The position numbers and the translations under genes are program-made. A stretch of DNA of 52,615 nt, from positions 1 through 52,615 of the forward strand of contig CAZDTC010000001.1 in assembly GCA_964508125.1 (NCBI GenBank), given 5' to 3'. The notes under the pieces were generated by a model. It made no database searches. It saw only the letters and a list, made by a program, of their open reading frames with translations, and was not told where the DNA came from. The stretch comes from an uncultured Candidatus Kuenenia sp. Its GTDB lineage: Bacteria > Planctomycetota > Planctomycetia > Pirellulales > UBA1268. Below, one piece after another: positions 25,309 through 39,771 of this stretch (its first letter is position 1; each line of letters opens with the position of its first letter).

Positions 25309-25713
25309 GCTTGAGGGAACGGAGCAGCCGGGTTCGAGTACGGAGGGGCTGCCGTGGCCAAAAAAGAATACCTCTTCGGAAGGGTGTCCCCAAGCGTCTG
25401 GGCCACGCCGCTACGTGCCAACAGGTCCGGTTGTGAGGATGGTACGCGTCACACCGTCGGAATGTGACACCACCCGCCTGCCATCGAACGGCACCGGGAT
25501 TCTCGCAGTCGCGGACCCCCTAGACGACTACGGCCTGAAAGGACGCCCGTGCTCATCCACCAAAATGCGACTCCCTCCGCCGCACATCGCACAGACGCTC
25601 TTGCCTTCTCCTCCGCAAGTGCGGCAACCCTCCTTGCCCTGCGGTATGGCAGCCAGGCCTGCACATCAAGCACCGCACACCGCTCAAGCCGACATATCCG
25701 CATCTGGCCGGGA

Positions 25714-26823
25714 TCAGGGTTTCAGGCGAGGGCGCCGTTCCTGTAGCCGCATCTTCTGCGAAAAGAACTTCAGTGCCTCAATGTTTCCTGGACTGAATCC
25801 ACTGCCCGCCGTGCTTATCCGCTGAAGCCGTCTAATTTCCGTGCAAAGCGATCTGCAATCGTAAGACTCCAGGAGACGAACCGCCCGGGAACCTAAGTTT
25901 TCAGCGACCGCTGCGTTCTTCCGTTGCTCACCAGTTCGGTGCTCGCCCACCACCGAGAACAACACCGCCTTCTTTCTCAAAAAAAGGATCTCGCTGATCG
26001 TATTCCGACCAGCCCTAGCCACAACAACCTCGCAATCATAAACATCTCGCGCCATTGCAAGTTTCTCTACAATCACAACGTTCGCAGGCACGCCCCCTTC
26101 TGCGTAAGGAAACCGAGCGCCCGACAGAAATACTTTGAAGACTAGGCTGGCCTCGTATCGCGCGACGTCCAGAACAACACGAAAAAATGCCTGGCACGAC
26201 TCGTGGAAGGCGCTCGTGGCACACGTAGTTCCGCCTCCAAACACGACAGATACGACGTTTGATCTCTCGACAGACGAAAGCGCCAGAACCTCCCTGCGGA
26301 TAATTGTGGATGTTGAAAGCACGTTGCTTTCTTCCACCGCGAGTGGCTCCAGCCCGTGGACAATCCGATAGTCAGAGGCTCCGTAGCAAAAACGAAAGAA
26401 GGCGATCGTACTGGGAGGAAGTTGGGCGTTACACCAGTCGGAAGGGTTCATTACGCTGACAATGGGAACGCCGGGCAGACCGACCTTGATCGCGAGCACC
26501 ATCAACGGTTCACCATCGATGACAACACAGTCAATCCGCAACGTCCTCACCAACTCGAGGATTCGTTCGGCACTGGCGGAGACCGGCTGAATCCCCAGAG
26601 ACATGATGTCTTGGCGATCAACCTGCACAGCGCACTGTGCATGCAACGCTGCAAGATACGCAAGGCCGTTGCCGTAGGTCACGAAAAAGCAACTCACATC
26701 AAACGACTCTTCAAGCGACCTCGCAAGCTCAACTGACGCAACGACACGACCGAGACCTGGAGTACCCCTTAAGACAAACAAGAGCCTCTGGTGCTGGCTC
26801 ACTGCACAATCTCCAAAGGGCAT
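25714..26823 (-). CDS. Glycosyltransferase (GT1/GT28, MurG-like fold)
   Basis: N-terminus 'LLFVLRGTPGLGRVVASVELARSL' and C-terminus 'VVVARAGRNTISEILFLRKKAVLFSV' fit the GT-B UDP-glycosyltransferase pattern. The start at 26823 has 'aggaa' upstream. The gene lies in a lower-GC patch. Confidence 0.6.
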   Translation of the reverse strand: MPFGDCAVSQHQRLLFVLRGTPGLGRVVASVELARSLEESFDVSCFFVTYGNGLAYLAALHAQCAVQVDRQDIMSLGIQPVSASAERILELVRTLRIDCVVIDGEPLMVLAIKVGLPGVPIVSVMNPSDWCNAQLPPSTIAFFRFCYGASDYRIVHGLEPLAVEESNVLSTSTIIRREVLALSSVERSNVVSVVFGGGTTCATSAFHESCQAFFRVVLDVARYEASLVFKVFLSGARFPYAEGGVPANVVIVEKLAMARDVYDCEVVVARAGRNTISEILFLRKKAVLFSVVGEHRTGEQRKNAAVAENLGSRAVRLLESYDCRSLCTEIRRLQRISTAGSGFSPGNIEALKFFSQKMRLQERRPRLKP

Positions 26824-27407
26824 CCGTTCCTGACCCACTTCTCTGCCCACTCTGAGACATCCCTGCCCGACATGGAAGTCGTATCGAGCACGACGGTCTT
26901 CGGGTTACTCTTGAAGTAGTGCGAATAGTATGGCAACCACTTTTCGACCCATTGCTCCATCCCGCGACGCCGCCGGTCGTCTGCTCGGATTCTTTGCAAA
27001 ACAATGTCGATATGTGCATCCAGATAAAGAAGTCTGTTGCTGCGACAGCCTCGAAGCCTATGCAGACTCTCGCCAAACTTGCCTTCTACGTCCCAATTAG
27101 CCCCAATCGTCCGCGGATAGTGAAGAAAAAAGAACTCCTTCACTTCGGGGCCCCGGATCGTGAAAACTTGCTCGTAGCGTTGAAGTCGTTCCCACCGCGA
27201 ACACTCGAAATCTACGTACCAATCCTGAATACGATAGAAGTCTTCCTCGCAGGACAGAGCGAGACCACTCTGCTCACGCTTTGCACGCAGTTCCTTGTGG
27301 CCCTCCTCCTCGAAACACCCTGCACTAGGAAAAGCCTGCTGCAAGCTCCTCACAAGAGTCGACTTGCCAACGCCGTGGGGCCCCTCGATCGATACAACGA
27401 AAGCCAT
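26799..27407 (-). CDS. P-loop kinase (deoxynucleoside/nucleotide kinase-like)
   Basis: 'MAFVVSIEGPHGVGKSTLV' P-loop at the extreme N-terminus (nt 27357-27383), as in dNK/thymidylate-kinase-type enzymes. Size is ~200 aa. A strong SD 'aaggaga' lies 8 nt upstream. Confidence 0.6.
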   Translation of the reverse strand: MAFVVSIEGPHGVGKSTLVRSLQQAFPSAGCFEEEGHKELRAKREQSGLALSCEEDFYRIQDWYVDFECSRWERLQRYEQVFTIRGPEVKEFFFLHYPRTIGANWDVEGKFGESLHRLRGCRSNRLLYLDAHIDIVLQRIRADDRRRRGMEQWVEKWLPYYSHYFKSNPKTVVLDTTSMSGRDVSEWAEKWVRNGCPLEIVQ

Positions 27408-27622
27408 CGGCGCGTTCTCCTTACACGGTGCTTACTTGCTGATACTCGCGTTCCTCGCATCGAGGTAGCTTGCCCCCTCAAGCGACTCCCCCTACGCTAA
27501 GGGGAGCCGCCGTTTCGTCAAGCGTCACCGTGGCAGCAGATCCGGGGTGCATCTTCCAACCGCCCGCAGCTCTAGCATTCGCAAAACGCGGTCTCCAAAC
27601 CCAATCTCTGGGATGTTGAGCG

Positions 27623-28414
27623 ATGCATACGTTGGAAAACTTGGAAATTCACGTCGCGCATGGCTGCAACCTCACCTGCGAGAGCTGTTCCCATTTTTCC
27701 AATCACGGCCATAAGGGCATCGTGTCCCTTCGAGAGGCGGCCGGTTGGATGGGGGCTTGGAAGCATCGGCTCAGTCCATCGACATTCTCGCTTCTGGGCG
27801 GCGAACCAACGATCCATCATCAATTGCCTCAGTTTGTACTTCTCGCACGTGACCATTGGCCTCATGCGCGCCTGAGGCTGGTGACTAACGGCTTCTTCTT
27901 GCACCGTCACCCACACCTGCCTGCGGTCCTCAAGGCAACCGCCACGTTTTTATGCCTGTCGATCCACCACGATACACCGGAGTACCGCAGCAAGATCGCG
28001 CCGATTAGGCAACTTCTCTCCCATTGGCAGAGCACATACGGCATTCCGATTGAATATTTTGAGTCACACAAGTACTGGACGCGGCGGTATCACGGTTTTG
28101 GCGCCGAAATGCAACCTTATGAGGACCAGCAACCCCGGCGGAGTTGGGAGCAGTGTCGTGCCAGATACTGCCGTCAACTGTTCGACGGCAGACTCTGGAA
28201 ATGCAGTCCGCTCGCGTATCTACGCTTGCAAGGCGCGAAATACGAACTTTCCAAGGCATGGAGTCCGTATCTCGAATACCAGCCTCTGGAGCCAACCTGC
28301 ACGGATGAGGAACTACGAGCGTTCCTGAGCCGCGAAGAGGAGGACGTTTGCAACATGTGCCCCGCCTCCCCCGAGCGTTTTGACTTGCCGAATCCACTCC
28401 CGGGCATTAGTTAA
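27623..28414 (+). CDS. Radical SAM enzyme with Cys-rich C-terminal (SPASM/twitch-like) region
   Basis: CX3CX2C 'GCNLTCESCSH' is at nt 27665-27688. 'LLGGEPT' is the SAM-binding GGE motif. Additional Cys residues lie in 'CRARYCRQL...KCSP' and 'CNMCP'. The gene is divergent from the kinase/GT pair. Confidence 0.8.
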   Translation: MHTLENLEIHVAHGCNLTCESCSHFSNHGHKGIVSLREAAGWMGAWKHRLSPSTFSLLGGEPTIHHQLPQFVLLARDHWPHARLRLVTNGFFLHRHPHLPAVLKATATFLCLSIHHDTPEYRSKIAPIRQLLSHWQSTYGIPIEYFESHKYWTRRYHGFGAEMQPYEDQQPRRSWEQCRARYCRQLFDGRLWKCSPLAYLRLQGAKYELSKAWSPYLEYQPLEPTCTDEELRAFLSREEEDVCNMCPASPERFDLPNPLPGIS

Positions 28415-28579
28415 GGGCCACCGCGCCGGGCTGACAAGAGCGAGGCGATGGGGGATATCGGTCTCCTAAGTCGGGAGAGCCGCAAAGCTTTCCGTCACAA
28501 CTGCTGCACGCCTCTCGTATTCGTTTCAGCGGCTCGGCGGACACCGCGCCAGCAGGAAGCAACCCTGGGAGACTGGAAA

Positions 28580-28786
28580 ATGCGGATCGTGGAATACAAC
28601 GGCGCGCCCGTGAAGCGGCAGACGAAGATAGGCCCGGACCAGATCAAGGTCGTCTTTTACGACCGTGCCCCCATCATCGTGACCTCGCAGCAGTGGGCTC
28701 AAAACGCCCGCGACCGCTTCTTCGACGACCCGGCGGTTCGCCGCCGTGACGTGGTCCGGCCACCGGCTCGGCGGAGCTGGTGGTAG
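28580..28786 (+). CDS. Small hypothetical protein (68 aa)
   Basis: The ATG is preceded by 'gggag', and the ORF lies immediately upstream of the SNF2 gene. There are no motifs. The coding status is uncertain. Confidence 0.3.
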   Translation: MRIVEYNGAPVKRQTKIGPDQIKVVFYDRAPIIVTSQQWAQNARDRFFDDPAVRRRDVVRPPARRSWW

Positions 28787-28946
28787 TCGCCGACGCGACC
28801 AACTGAAGGGTCCGCGCCGTGCGACGGACCAACGTTGTCCCAGCGACTGCGTAGGCTGGCGGACTTCCCTCCGCCCCCATACTCTGGAGGGGCTTCCTCC
28901 CGTACACAAGCCCCTTGCGGCGGCCCGCACGCAGGCGTTGCCCACA

Positions 28947-32467
<3,521 letters not shown>

Positions 32468-32471
<4 letters not shown>

Positions 32472-35398
32472 CGACCGACCATCTCGTGATCGCACCGAAA
32501 AAGCTCATCGAAGTGGCGTTGCCGCTCGATGCGATCAACGCGGCCTGTGCACGGGAAAAGTCGATCCGCCACGGGCATCCGAGCACGCTCCATCTGTGGT
32601 GGGCCCGCCGGCCGCTAGCCGCCGCCCGGGCCGTGATCTTCTCGCAGATGGTGAACGACCCGGAAGACGCCTGGCGGCTCAAGAACCCTGGCCGCGAGCC
32701 CAACAAGCAGGAAAAGGGCCACTGGACGCGGGCCCGCCAAAAACTCTTCGAGATCATCGAAGACCTCGTGAAGTGGGAAAACACGACCAACGAGGAGGTG
32801 CTCGAGCGAGCCCGCGAGGAGATCAGGAAAAGCTGGCGGGAGACATGCGACCTGAACAAGGATCACCCGCAGGCCGCCGAACTATTTGACCCGGACAAGC
32901 TGCCAGCGTTTCACGATCCCTTCGCCGGCGGCGGGGCGATCCCGCTCGAGGCCCAGCGGCTGGGGCTCGAAAGCTATGCCAGCGATCTCAATCCCGTCGC
33001 CGTCCTCATCAACAAGGCGATGATCGAGATTCCGCCGAAGTTCGCGGGCCGCGAGCCGGTCAATCCGGAGTGGCAGTCGAAGAGCCCTGAAGAGAAGGCG
33101 ATGAAGGTCTGGAAGGGCGCTGAGGGGCTCGCCGAAGACGTCCGGTATTACGGCAAGTGGATGCGGGACGAGGCCGAGAAGCGGATCGGGCACCTCTACC
33201 CGAAGGTCGAGATCACGGCCGAGATGGCGAAGGACCGGCCGGACCTGAAGCCGCTCGTGGGCAAGAAGCTCACGGTCATCGCGTGGATCTGGGCGCGGAC
33301 GGTGAAGAGCCCGAACCCGGCGTACTCGCATGTGGATGTGCCGCTGGCGAGCACCTTTGTACTTTCCACGAAAAAAGGCAAGGAGGCGTCGGTTGAGCCG
33401 GTTGTCGAGAAACACGGGTATCGCTTTGTCGTGACCGTCGGCGAGCCCGCAGAAAATGCCGCTGAAGGCACAAAGGCCGCACGCGGCGCAAACTTTCGAT
33501 GCCTCATGTCTGGGGCACCGATTCAACCCGAACACATCAAGACCGAGGCAAGCCACGGCCGCATGGGTGCGCGGCTCATGGCGATCGTCGCCGAGGGCAG
33601 TCGTGGCCGCGTTTATCTGTCACCATCCCCGGCTGCCGAGCGACTCGCATCTTCCGCCGATGCATCGACTCATGCGGGCGCCATCGACGTAGCGATCGCC
33701 AACGACCCGCGGCCGATGACATGCCTGCTCTACGGAATGACTCGCTTCAAGGACTTGTTCACGCCACGACAGACCGTTGCCTTGGGAACCTTCTGTGACC
33801 TTTTGCCCGAGGCAAGATCACAGGTGACCGCGGACGGAACGGCCGTCAACACACAAGCGCGGCGATCCAACACCGATGCCAAGGGTTACGCAGATGCAGT
33901 GAGCGTTTACCTCGCCTTCGCGCTGAGTAAGCAAGCCGACCTCGCAAACTCATTATGCGCTTGGGAACCGATAGCCCAATGCCCGCGTCATCTTTTTGGT
34001 CGGCAAGCGATCCCAATCATCTGGGACTTCGCCGAAGGCAACCCGCTGGGCGACTCGTCTGGAGCGTGGTCGGTTTTCATCGACGGCATCGCCAGCGCGT
34101 TCGAGAAGGCGTTTGGCGAAGCGGCGACCACGCTCACATGCCAGCCTGGCCGGGCTGTTCAGGCTGACGCAACCACACAAACCATTTCCCAAGGCAAGTG
34201 CGTCTCAACAGATCCGCCGTACTACGACAACATTGGCTACGCGGATCTTGCTGACTTCTTTTACGTGTGGCTTCGCAGATCACTGAGGGACGTCTTTCCA
34301 GAACTCTTCGCGACCATCAGCGTGCCGAAGTCAGAGGAACTTGTGGCCGTTGCTTATCGGCACCGAAACAAGGAAGCCGCTGAAGCCTTTTTCCTATCCG
34401 GCATGACACATGTCATGCGCCGACTTGCCAACGACGCCCAGCCGGCTTACCCGACTTCCATCTATTACGCGTTCAAGCAGTCGGAGACGAAGAACGCAGA
34501 CACCAACAGCACGGGATGGGAGACCTTTCTTGCAGCTGTGCTTGATGCCGAGATGCAGATCACCGGCACGTGGCCTCTGCGCACCGAAAACAGTAGCCGT
34601 ATGCGTGGCATGGACTCAAACGCCCTCGCCTCCAGCATCGTCCTCGTCTGCCGAAAGCGTTCCCCGACGGCGGAGACGATTTCGCGTCGCCAGTTCATTC
34701 GCGAGTTAAACGCCACGTTGCCGCAGGCCCTCGACGCGATGACGCGAAAGTCGGAGGGCGAGCATTCCCCGGTCGCCCCGGTGGACCTCTCCCAGGCGAT
34801 CATCGGCCCAGGCATGGCCGTGTTCTCCAAATATGCCGCGGTGCTGGAGGCCGACGGATCGCCGATGACCGTGCGGACGGCGCTGCAGCTCATCAACCGC
34901 TTTCTTGCGGAAGACGATTTCGACGCCGACACGCAGTTCTGCCTCCACTGGTTCGAGCAGCACGGGTGGGAAAGTGGGAAGTTCGGCGAGGCCGACACGC
35001 TCGCGCGTGCAAAAGGCACGAGCGTGGACGGAGTAAAAAACTCGGGCGTGTTGCAGTCGGCCGGCGGCAACGTGCGGCTACTCAAGTGGGCCGACTACAA
35101 GCCTGACTGGGATCCGACGGCCGACGACCGGCTCCCGGTGTGGGAGGGCCTTCACCAGCTCGTGCGGGTGTTCAAGACCGACGGCGAGAGTGCCGCGGGC
35201 AAGGTTCTGGCCGCGGTGGCGGCGAAAGCCGAGCCGATCCGCCAGCTCGCCTACCGGCTCTACACGCTCTGCGAACGCGCCGGCCGCGCCGAAGACGCCC
35301 GGGCCTACAACGAACTGATCACGTCGTGGGCCCCGATCGAATCCGCCGCCGCCGCGACGCCCTCCACCGCCCCCGCCCAGAAGACCCTCTTCGAATGA
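32468..35398 (+). CDS. DUF1156-type DNA methyltransferase (anti-phage-associated)
   Basis: The N-terminus '[44 protein letters not shown]' is the DUF1156 signature. MTase motif I is 'DPFAGGG' (nt 32915-32935) and motif IV is 'DPPY' (nt 34211-34222). The ORF-track start at 31175 is an in-frame artefact that overlaps the helicase gene. Confidence 0.85.
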
Positions 35399-35487
35399 CC
35401 GCCGTGCACCAACTACTGACGGCCCTCGGACAACCACCGTCGCTGATAGTCTGCTCGCCACCTCACTTCATGGACCTCGCCACGAAC

Positions 35488-35525
35488 TGCGTAGAGACGC
35501 CGAAAGTGCGTAGTAAACTGCGTAG
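35488..35525 (+). promoter_or_regulatory. Three copies of TGCGTAG in the DUF1156-DUF499 intergenic region
   Basis: TGCGTAG occurs at 35488-35494, 35507-35513 and 35519-35525 (spacing 19 and 12 nt). The function is unknown. Confidence 0.35.
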
Positions 35526-35529
35526 CACG

Positions 35530-35553
35530 CCCCTCCATTCAGGGGATTCTTTT
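35530..35553 (+). terminator. Weak intrinsic-terminator-like hairpin
   Basis: CCCCT (35530-35534) / AGGGG (35541-35545) with a 6-nt loop, followed by ATTCTTTT. The stem is short, so this could be an attenuator rather than a full terminator. Confidence 0.3.
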
Positions 35554-35571
35554 CGAGCCGTCTGGGTGCCG

Positions 35572-35616
35572 CGGAATTAGGTCGGAACAGCCGGAAATTA
35601 GGTAGCGAACTAGGTA
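35572..35616 (+). promoter_or_regulatory. Three TAGGT-containing direct repeats upstream of the DUF499 gene
   Basis: CGGAATTAGGT (35572-35582), CGGAAATTAGGT (35592-35603) and ACTAGGTA (35609-35616). The TAGGT cores are spaced 21 and 12 nt apart, ending ~30 nt before the ATG at 35644. This is a candidate operator or promoter region. Confidence 0.35.
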
Positions 35617-35643
35617 ATAACCCAACGGATCGGACGCCCCCTC

Positions 35644-38475
35644 ATGACCTCCCTCCGCCCCTGGCGCGAGATCGCCGTGCCCCACCGCGACGTGCTCGAA
35701 GGCACGTTCCAGCAGTCAGAATTCGCTGCCGACATCACGGCCGTCCACACCGGAAAAGCCACGGCCGAATACGGTGACGCGATCCAGTTCTTCGACCGCA
35801 CGTTCATCACCGAAGGCATGCGGCTTTTGCTCACGCAGGTGGCCCTGCGGCTCGTGGGCAAAGGCGGCGACCCGGTCATCCAACTGCAGACGGCCTTCGG
35901 CGGCGGGAAAACCCACACCATGCTCGCCGTCTACCACATGGCGGCGCGAAAGTGTGCCCTCTCGGATCTCGCGGGCGTCGCGGCCCTCATCGACAAGGCC
36001 AAGCTCACCGACGTGCCGAAGGCGACGATCGCCGTTCTCGACGGCACCGACCGGTCGCCCGGCCAGCCCTGGAAGCACGGAAAACAGCAGGTCAAGACGC
36101 TCTGGGGTGAACTGGCCTGGCAACTCGGCGGCACCGAGGCTTTTGCGCTCGTCGCCGAGGCCGATGCCACCGGCACGTCACCCGGCAAGGAGGTGCTCCG
36201 CGAACTGCTCGCCGCCCATGCTCCATGCGTGATCCTCATCGACGAGCTCGTCGCCTACATCCGCCAGTTTCCCGAAGGCCAGACGATCAGCGGCGGCAGC
36301 TACGACAGCAATCTGTCGTTCATCCAGGCCCTCACCGAGGCCGTGAAGCTCGTGCCCAACGCCGTCGTGCTGGCATCGCTCCCGGAGTCGGAGATCGAGG
36401 CCGGCAGCCAGCGGGGCGTGGCCGTGCTGCGGGCGCTCGAAAAGACTTTTGGCCGGGTGCAGGCCCTCTGGAAGCCCGTGGCCACGGAGGAAGCCTTCGA
36501 GATCGTCCGGCGCCGGCTCTTCGAGGGAATCCGGGATGCAAAGGCCCGCGACGCCGTCTGCCGGGCGTTCGCCGATGCGTATGTGGCCGAGGGCCCGAAA
36601 CTGCCAAGCGAGACGCAGGAGGGCCGCTACTACGACCGGCTCGTCAACGCCTACCCGATCCACCCGGAAGTCTTCGACCGGCTCTACGAAGACTGGACGA
36701 CGATCGACGGCTTCCAGCGGACCCGCGGCGTCTTGAAGCTCATGGCCAAGGCGATCTACCGCCTCTGGAAGGACGACAACAAAGACGCCGTGATCCTGCC
36801 GGCGAGCCTGCCGCTCTACGACGGCAGTTCGCGAAATGAACTTGTCTACTACCTGCCGCCGGGCTGGGACGCCGTCATCGACAAAGACATCGACTCAGAC
36901 AAGGCCGAGACGACCGAGCTCGAAAACCGCGAACCGCGTTTCGGCCAGGTTGGCGCCGCCCGCCGCGTGGCCCGCACACTCTTCCTCGGCAGCGCCCCGT
37001 CGAGCGTGATCAGCCGCTCGGGGGCCCGCGGGCTCGATCGGGCGAGAGTGCTCCTGGGCTGCCTCCAGCCAGGCCAGACGGCCGCGCTCTATTCCGATGC
37101 GCTCACGCGGCTCGCCGACCGGCTTCACTACCTCAACAAGTCAGACGACACCGCCAATGACGCCACGCGGTTCTGGTTCGACACCCGGGCGAACCTGCGG
37201 CAGGAGATGGAAGACCGCAAGCGGCGGTTCGACGATGGCGACGTGGTGGAGAAGATCCACGAGGTGCTGAAAAAGACTGTAGGCAGCGGCGGCGGCATGT
37301 TCGACGGCGTGCATGTGTTCACGCCGCATGGCGACGTGCCCGACGATTCGGGCCTGCGGCTCGTGGTGCTGCCTCCTGCCCAGTGGTATTCCCGTGAGGA
37401 GCCGCGGCAGGCTGCGACGGCCGTGCTCGACTGCGTGAAGAACAACGGCGGCCGCCCTCGCTACCGTGGCAACCGCCTCGTGTTTATGGCGGCCGATCAG
37501 GGCGTGCTCTCCCGGCTTCGCGATACGGCCCGCGTCGTGCTCGCGTGGCAGTCGATCGTGGACGACGTCGAGACCGGCCGGCTCAACATCGACGTGCTCC
37601 AGCAGAACCAGGCGAAGAAGGAGCTGCAGACGGCTTCCGAGGTGCTGCCCCGGGCGGCCCGCGAGTGCTACAAGTGGCTGCTCTGCCCCGTGCAACAATC
37701 TGCCACCGATCCGGCGATCGACGTCGAGGCGTTTCCGCTCACGACCACGGCCGGCACGCTTCCCGGCGAGTTGTCCCGGGTGTGCACGGAGAACGAACTG
37801 GTGATCTCGGCTTGGTCGCCGGTCCACTTGCGCGGCCTCCTGCAGCAGTTCTATTGGCGGGACGGCAAGACGGCGGCGGAGGTCCACACGTTCTGGGACG
37901 ACTCCCAGAAATACCTCTACATGCCTCGGCTCAAGAGCCGCGACGTGCTCTCTGGGGCGATCCGCGAAGGCGCCAAGACCCGCGACTACTTCGGCACTGC
38001 CCACGGCCGCACTGGCGATGCCTTCGAGGGGTTTGCATTCGGCGATCCGCAAGTGCAGGCCGACGCCGACTCGCTCCTCCTTGTCGAGCCCGCCACTGCG
38101 GTGGCCTTTGCCAAAGCAAGAGAGGCCGCGAAGCCGTCTTCAAGCCCGGGCCCGGCGACCGGAACTCAGCCGCCGGTCGGCCCCGCCACTCCGATCGGCT
38201 CCGGCGCGACGCCACCGATCTCCCCGCCTACGTCTGCCGGCATGCCCGTCCGGCGATTCCGGGGCACGGCCGAGATCGACGCATCGACGGCGAAGATGCG
38301 GCTTCGCGACATCGCTGACGAGATCATCGCTCTCCTTGCGAGTGACCCCGACGCAGCGGTCCAGGTGACGCTCGAAGTCTCCGCCGACTTCCCTGCCGGC
38401 CCCAAGGATCATGTAAAACGGGGCGTATCCGAGAACGCTACGAACCTCGGGTTCACGACGAAGTCGTGGGAGTGA
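35644..38475 (+). CDS. DUF499-type ATPase (anti-phage-associated)
   Basis: The N-terminus '[28 protein letters not shown]' and the P-loop '[13 protein letters not shown]' (GGGKT at nt 35899-35913) are typical of DUF499/COG1483 proteins, which partner with DUF1156 methylases. Confidence 0.8.
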   Translation: MTSLRPWREIAVPHRDVLEGTFQQSEFAADITAVHTGKATAEYGDAIQFFDRTFITEGMRLLLTQVALRLVGKGGDPVIQLQTAFGGGKTHTMLAVYHMAARKCALSDLAGVAALIDKAKLTDVPKATIAVLDGTDRSPGQPWKHGKQQVKTLWGELAWQLGGTEAFALVAEADATGTSPGKEVLRELLAAHAPCVILIDELVAYIRQFPEGQTISGGSYDSNLSFIQALTEAVKLVPNAVVLASLPESEIEAGSQRGVAVLRALEKTFGRVQALWKPVATEEAFEIVRRRLFEGIRDAKARDAVCRAFADAYVAEGPKLPSETQEGRYYDRLVNAYPIHPEVFDRLYEDWTTIDGFQRTRGVLKLMAKAIYRLWKDDNKDAVILPASLPLYDGSSRNELVYYLPPGWDAVIDKDIDSDKAETTELENREPRFGQVGAARRVARTLFLGSAPSSVISRSGARGLDRARVLLGCLQPGQTAALYSDALTRLADRLHYLNKSDDTANDATRFWFDTRANLRQEMEDRKRRFDDGDVVEKIHEVLKKTVGSGGGMFDGVHVFTPHGDVPDDSGLRLVVLPPAQWYSREEPRQAATAVLDCVKNNGGRPRYRGNRLVFMAADQGVLSRLRDTARVVLAWQSIVDDVETGRLNIDVLQQNQAKKELQTASEVLPRAARECYKWLLCPVQQSATDPAIDVEAFPLTTTAGTLPGELSRVCTENELVISAWSPVHLRGLLQQFYWRDGKTAAEVHTFWDDSQKYLYMPRLKSRDVLSGAIREGAKTRDYFGTAHGRTGDAFEGFAFGDPQVQADADSLLLVEPATAVAFAKAREAAKPSSSPGPATGTQPPVGPATPIGSGATPPISPPTSAGMPVRRFRGTAEIDASTAKMRLRDIADEIIALLASDPDAAVQVTLEVSADFPAGPKDHVKRGVSENATNLGFTTKSWE

Positions 38476-38487
38476 GGGGGAACACGC

Positions 38488-39735
38488 ATGTTCGGCAGAA
38501 CAACGCTCAGCAAGCGAGTCGAGCGACTGGAATCGGAACTCGCTGGGATCAGGCGGCTGTATGAGAAAACGCTTTCCTACAGCAACAGCGATCCAGAAAC
38601 GGCGCTGATGAATGCCCGCAAGGCGGCTGAGGCCGTCTGCTCGCAGGTTTTTGAGCATAAGGTGGGAAAGCCGCCGAAGAGCATGACTCTCCAGCCTCTC
38701 ATCGAGAGGCTTACGCAGATCGATGCGTTTCCGGAACACATCCTCGTCTCGCTCCGAACCATCCAGGGTTTCGGGAACCTCGGATCACATCATCAACCGG
38801 GCGAGCCGGCAGAGATCACCCCCGAGTTTGCTGAACCCTGCCTCGCTGCGCTTGGAACCGTTGTGCAGTGGTACTTCAAAGAGTACGGCTCCGGCGTTGT
38901 GGCCGGGCCCATCGTCACGACGCCCCGAACACGCTCCGCGCAACACAATGGTTCGGGAAACGCGCCGCCCTGGATAGCGATTATTACGGTAACGGCCGCC
39001 GTTGCGGCACTGCTGCTTGCCGGAGTGGCCGCGTGGAATACGCGAAACCGCCCGCCTGTAAAGGTCCCACCCGTGACCACGCAAGTAGAGCCGGCCGTCA
39101 TCCCACCGCATGCGAAAGCTCCCGGCGTACAAGAATCGGCAAAGCCGGCATCCTCGCCCCGCCAAAGCGAGACGTCCAACACGTCACCCGCGGCACAAAC
39201 GAGCATCGCGAATCAACCTTCAGCTGGTGGAAAACCGCGAATCGCGGTGCTGCCCTTTCAAAAGCTCTCTGGCGAACCGGATTCAGACGGCCTTCAGCAG
39301 GGCATAGGCACCGTCGTAGCTTCGCGATTGGAGCAGTCCGGCATGTTTGATCTCATCGAGCGGTCTAGGCTCGATGCGGTGCTGGAAGAACTCGAGCTTT
39401 CGCAGGACGCAAAGTTTGATCCCGCGCAGGCTGCGAAGATCGGCAAGCTCCTTGGCGCAAAGCAACTGGTGCTTGGATCATTTTTCCCTTTTGGAGACAA
39501 GCTCCGCCTGGATGCACGCGTCGTCGACACGGAAACCGGGCAGGTGCTCTATTCAGTGGATCAGGATGGTGCGCCTGACAAAGTAGATCGCATCACCCAT
39601 TGGCTGTGCGACGCCCTGATCGCCAAGCACCCGGACCAGCCGCGGTTAGCGCCCCACATCATCCGCACCGACAACGGGCGACTTTTCGACACGCGTACCA
39701 AGCAATTCCTCGATGGCCGTCCGGGCGGGTTCTGA
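38488..39735 (+). CDS. DUF4145-like cytoplasmic domain - TM - Pro/Ser linker - CsgG/LpoB-like periplasmic domain protein
   Basis: 'ALMNARKAAEAVCSQVF...LQPLIERL...ILVSLRTIQGFGNLGSHH' fits DUF4145. The TM segment is 'WIAIITVTAAVAALLLAGVAAW'. The C-terminus 'PRIAVLPFQKLSG...GIGTVVASRLEQSGMFDLIERSRLDAVLEELELS...AAKIGKLLGAKQLVLGSF' fits the CsgG-family pattern. The gene starts 13 nt after the DUF499 stop, with 'aggggga' upstream. Confidence 0.6.
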   Translation: MFGRTTLSKRVERLESELAGIRRLYEKTLSYSNSDPETALMNARKAAEAVCSQVFEHKVGKPPKSMTLQPLIERLTQIDAFPEHILVSLRTIQGFGNLGSHHQPGEPAEITPEFAEPCLAALGTVVQWYFKEYGSGVVAGPIVTTPRTRSAQHNGSGNAPPWIAIITVTAAVAALLLAGVAAWNTRNRPPVKVPPVTTQVEPAVIPPHAKAPGVQESAKPASSPRQSETSNTSPAAQTSIANQPSAGGKPRIAVLPFQKLSGEPDSDGLQQGIGTVVASRLEQSGMFDLIERSRLDAVLEELELSQDAKFDPAQAAKIGKLLGAKQLVLGSFFPFGDKLRLDARVVDTETGQVLYSVDQDGAPDKVDRITHWLCDALIAKHPDQPRLAPHIIRTDNGRLFDTRTKQFLDGRPGGF

Positions 39736-39771
39736 ACTCGTAGCGATCGACCTGTGTTCGCCGGAGAAACC

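Noticed and set aside
27486-27506. Hairpin CTCCCC-N9-GGGGAG between the divergent kinase and radical SAM genes
   Set aside because: It sits in a divergent promoter region where a terminator makes no sense. It may be an operator or a 5'-UTR structure, but a 6-bp stem alone is weak evidence.
27623-28414. Radical SAM enzyme as viperin or QueE
   Set aside because: Only the generic CX3CX2C cluster is shared. I do not see the QueE 'C-x3-C-x2-C-D-T/S' context or viperin-like C-terminal strings. The extra C-terminal cysteines point to a SPASM/twitch-type enzyme instead. I left it as a generic radical SAM enzyme.
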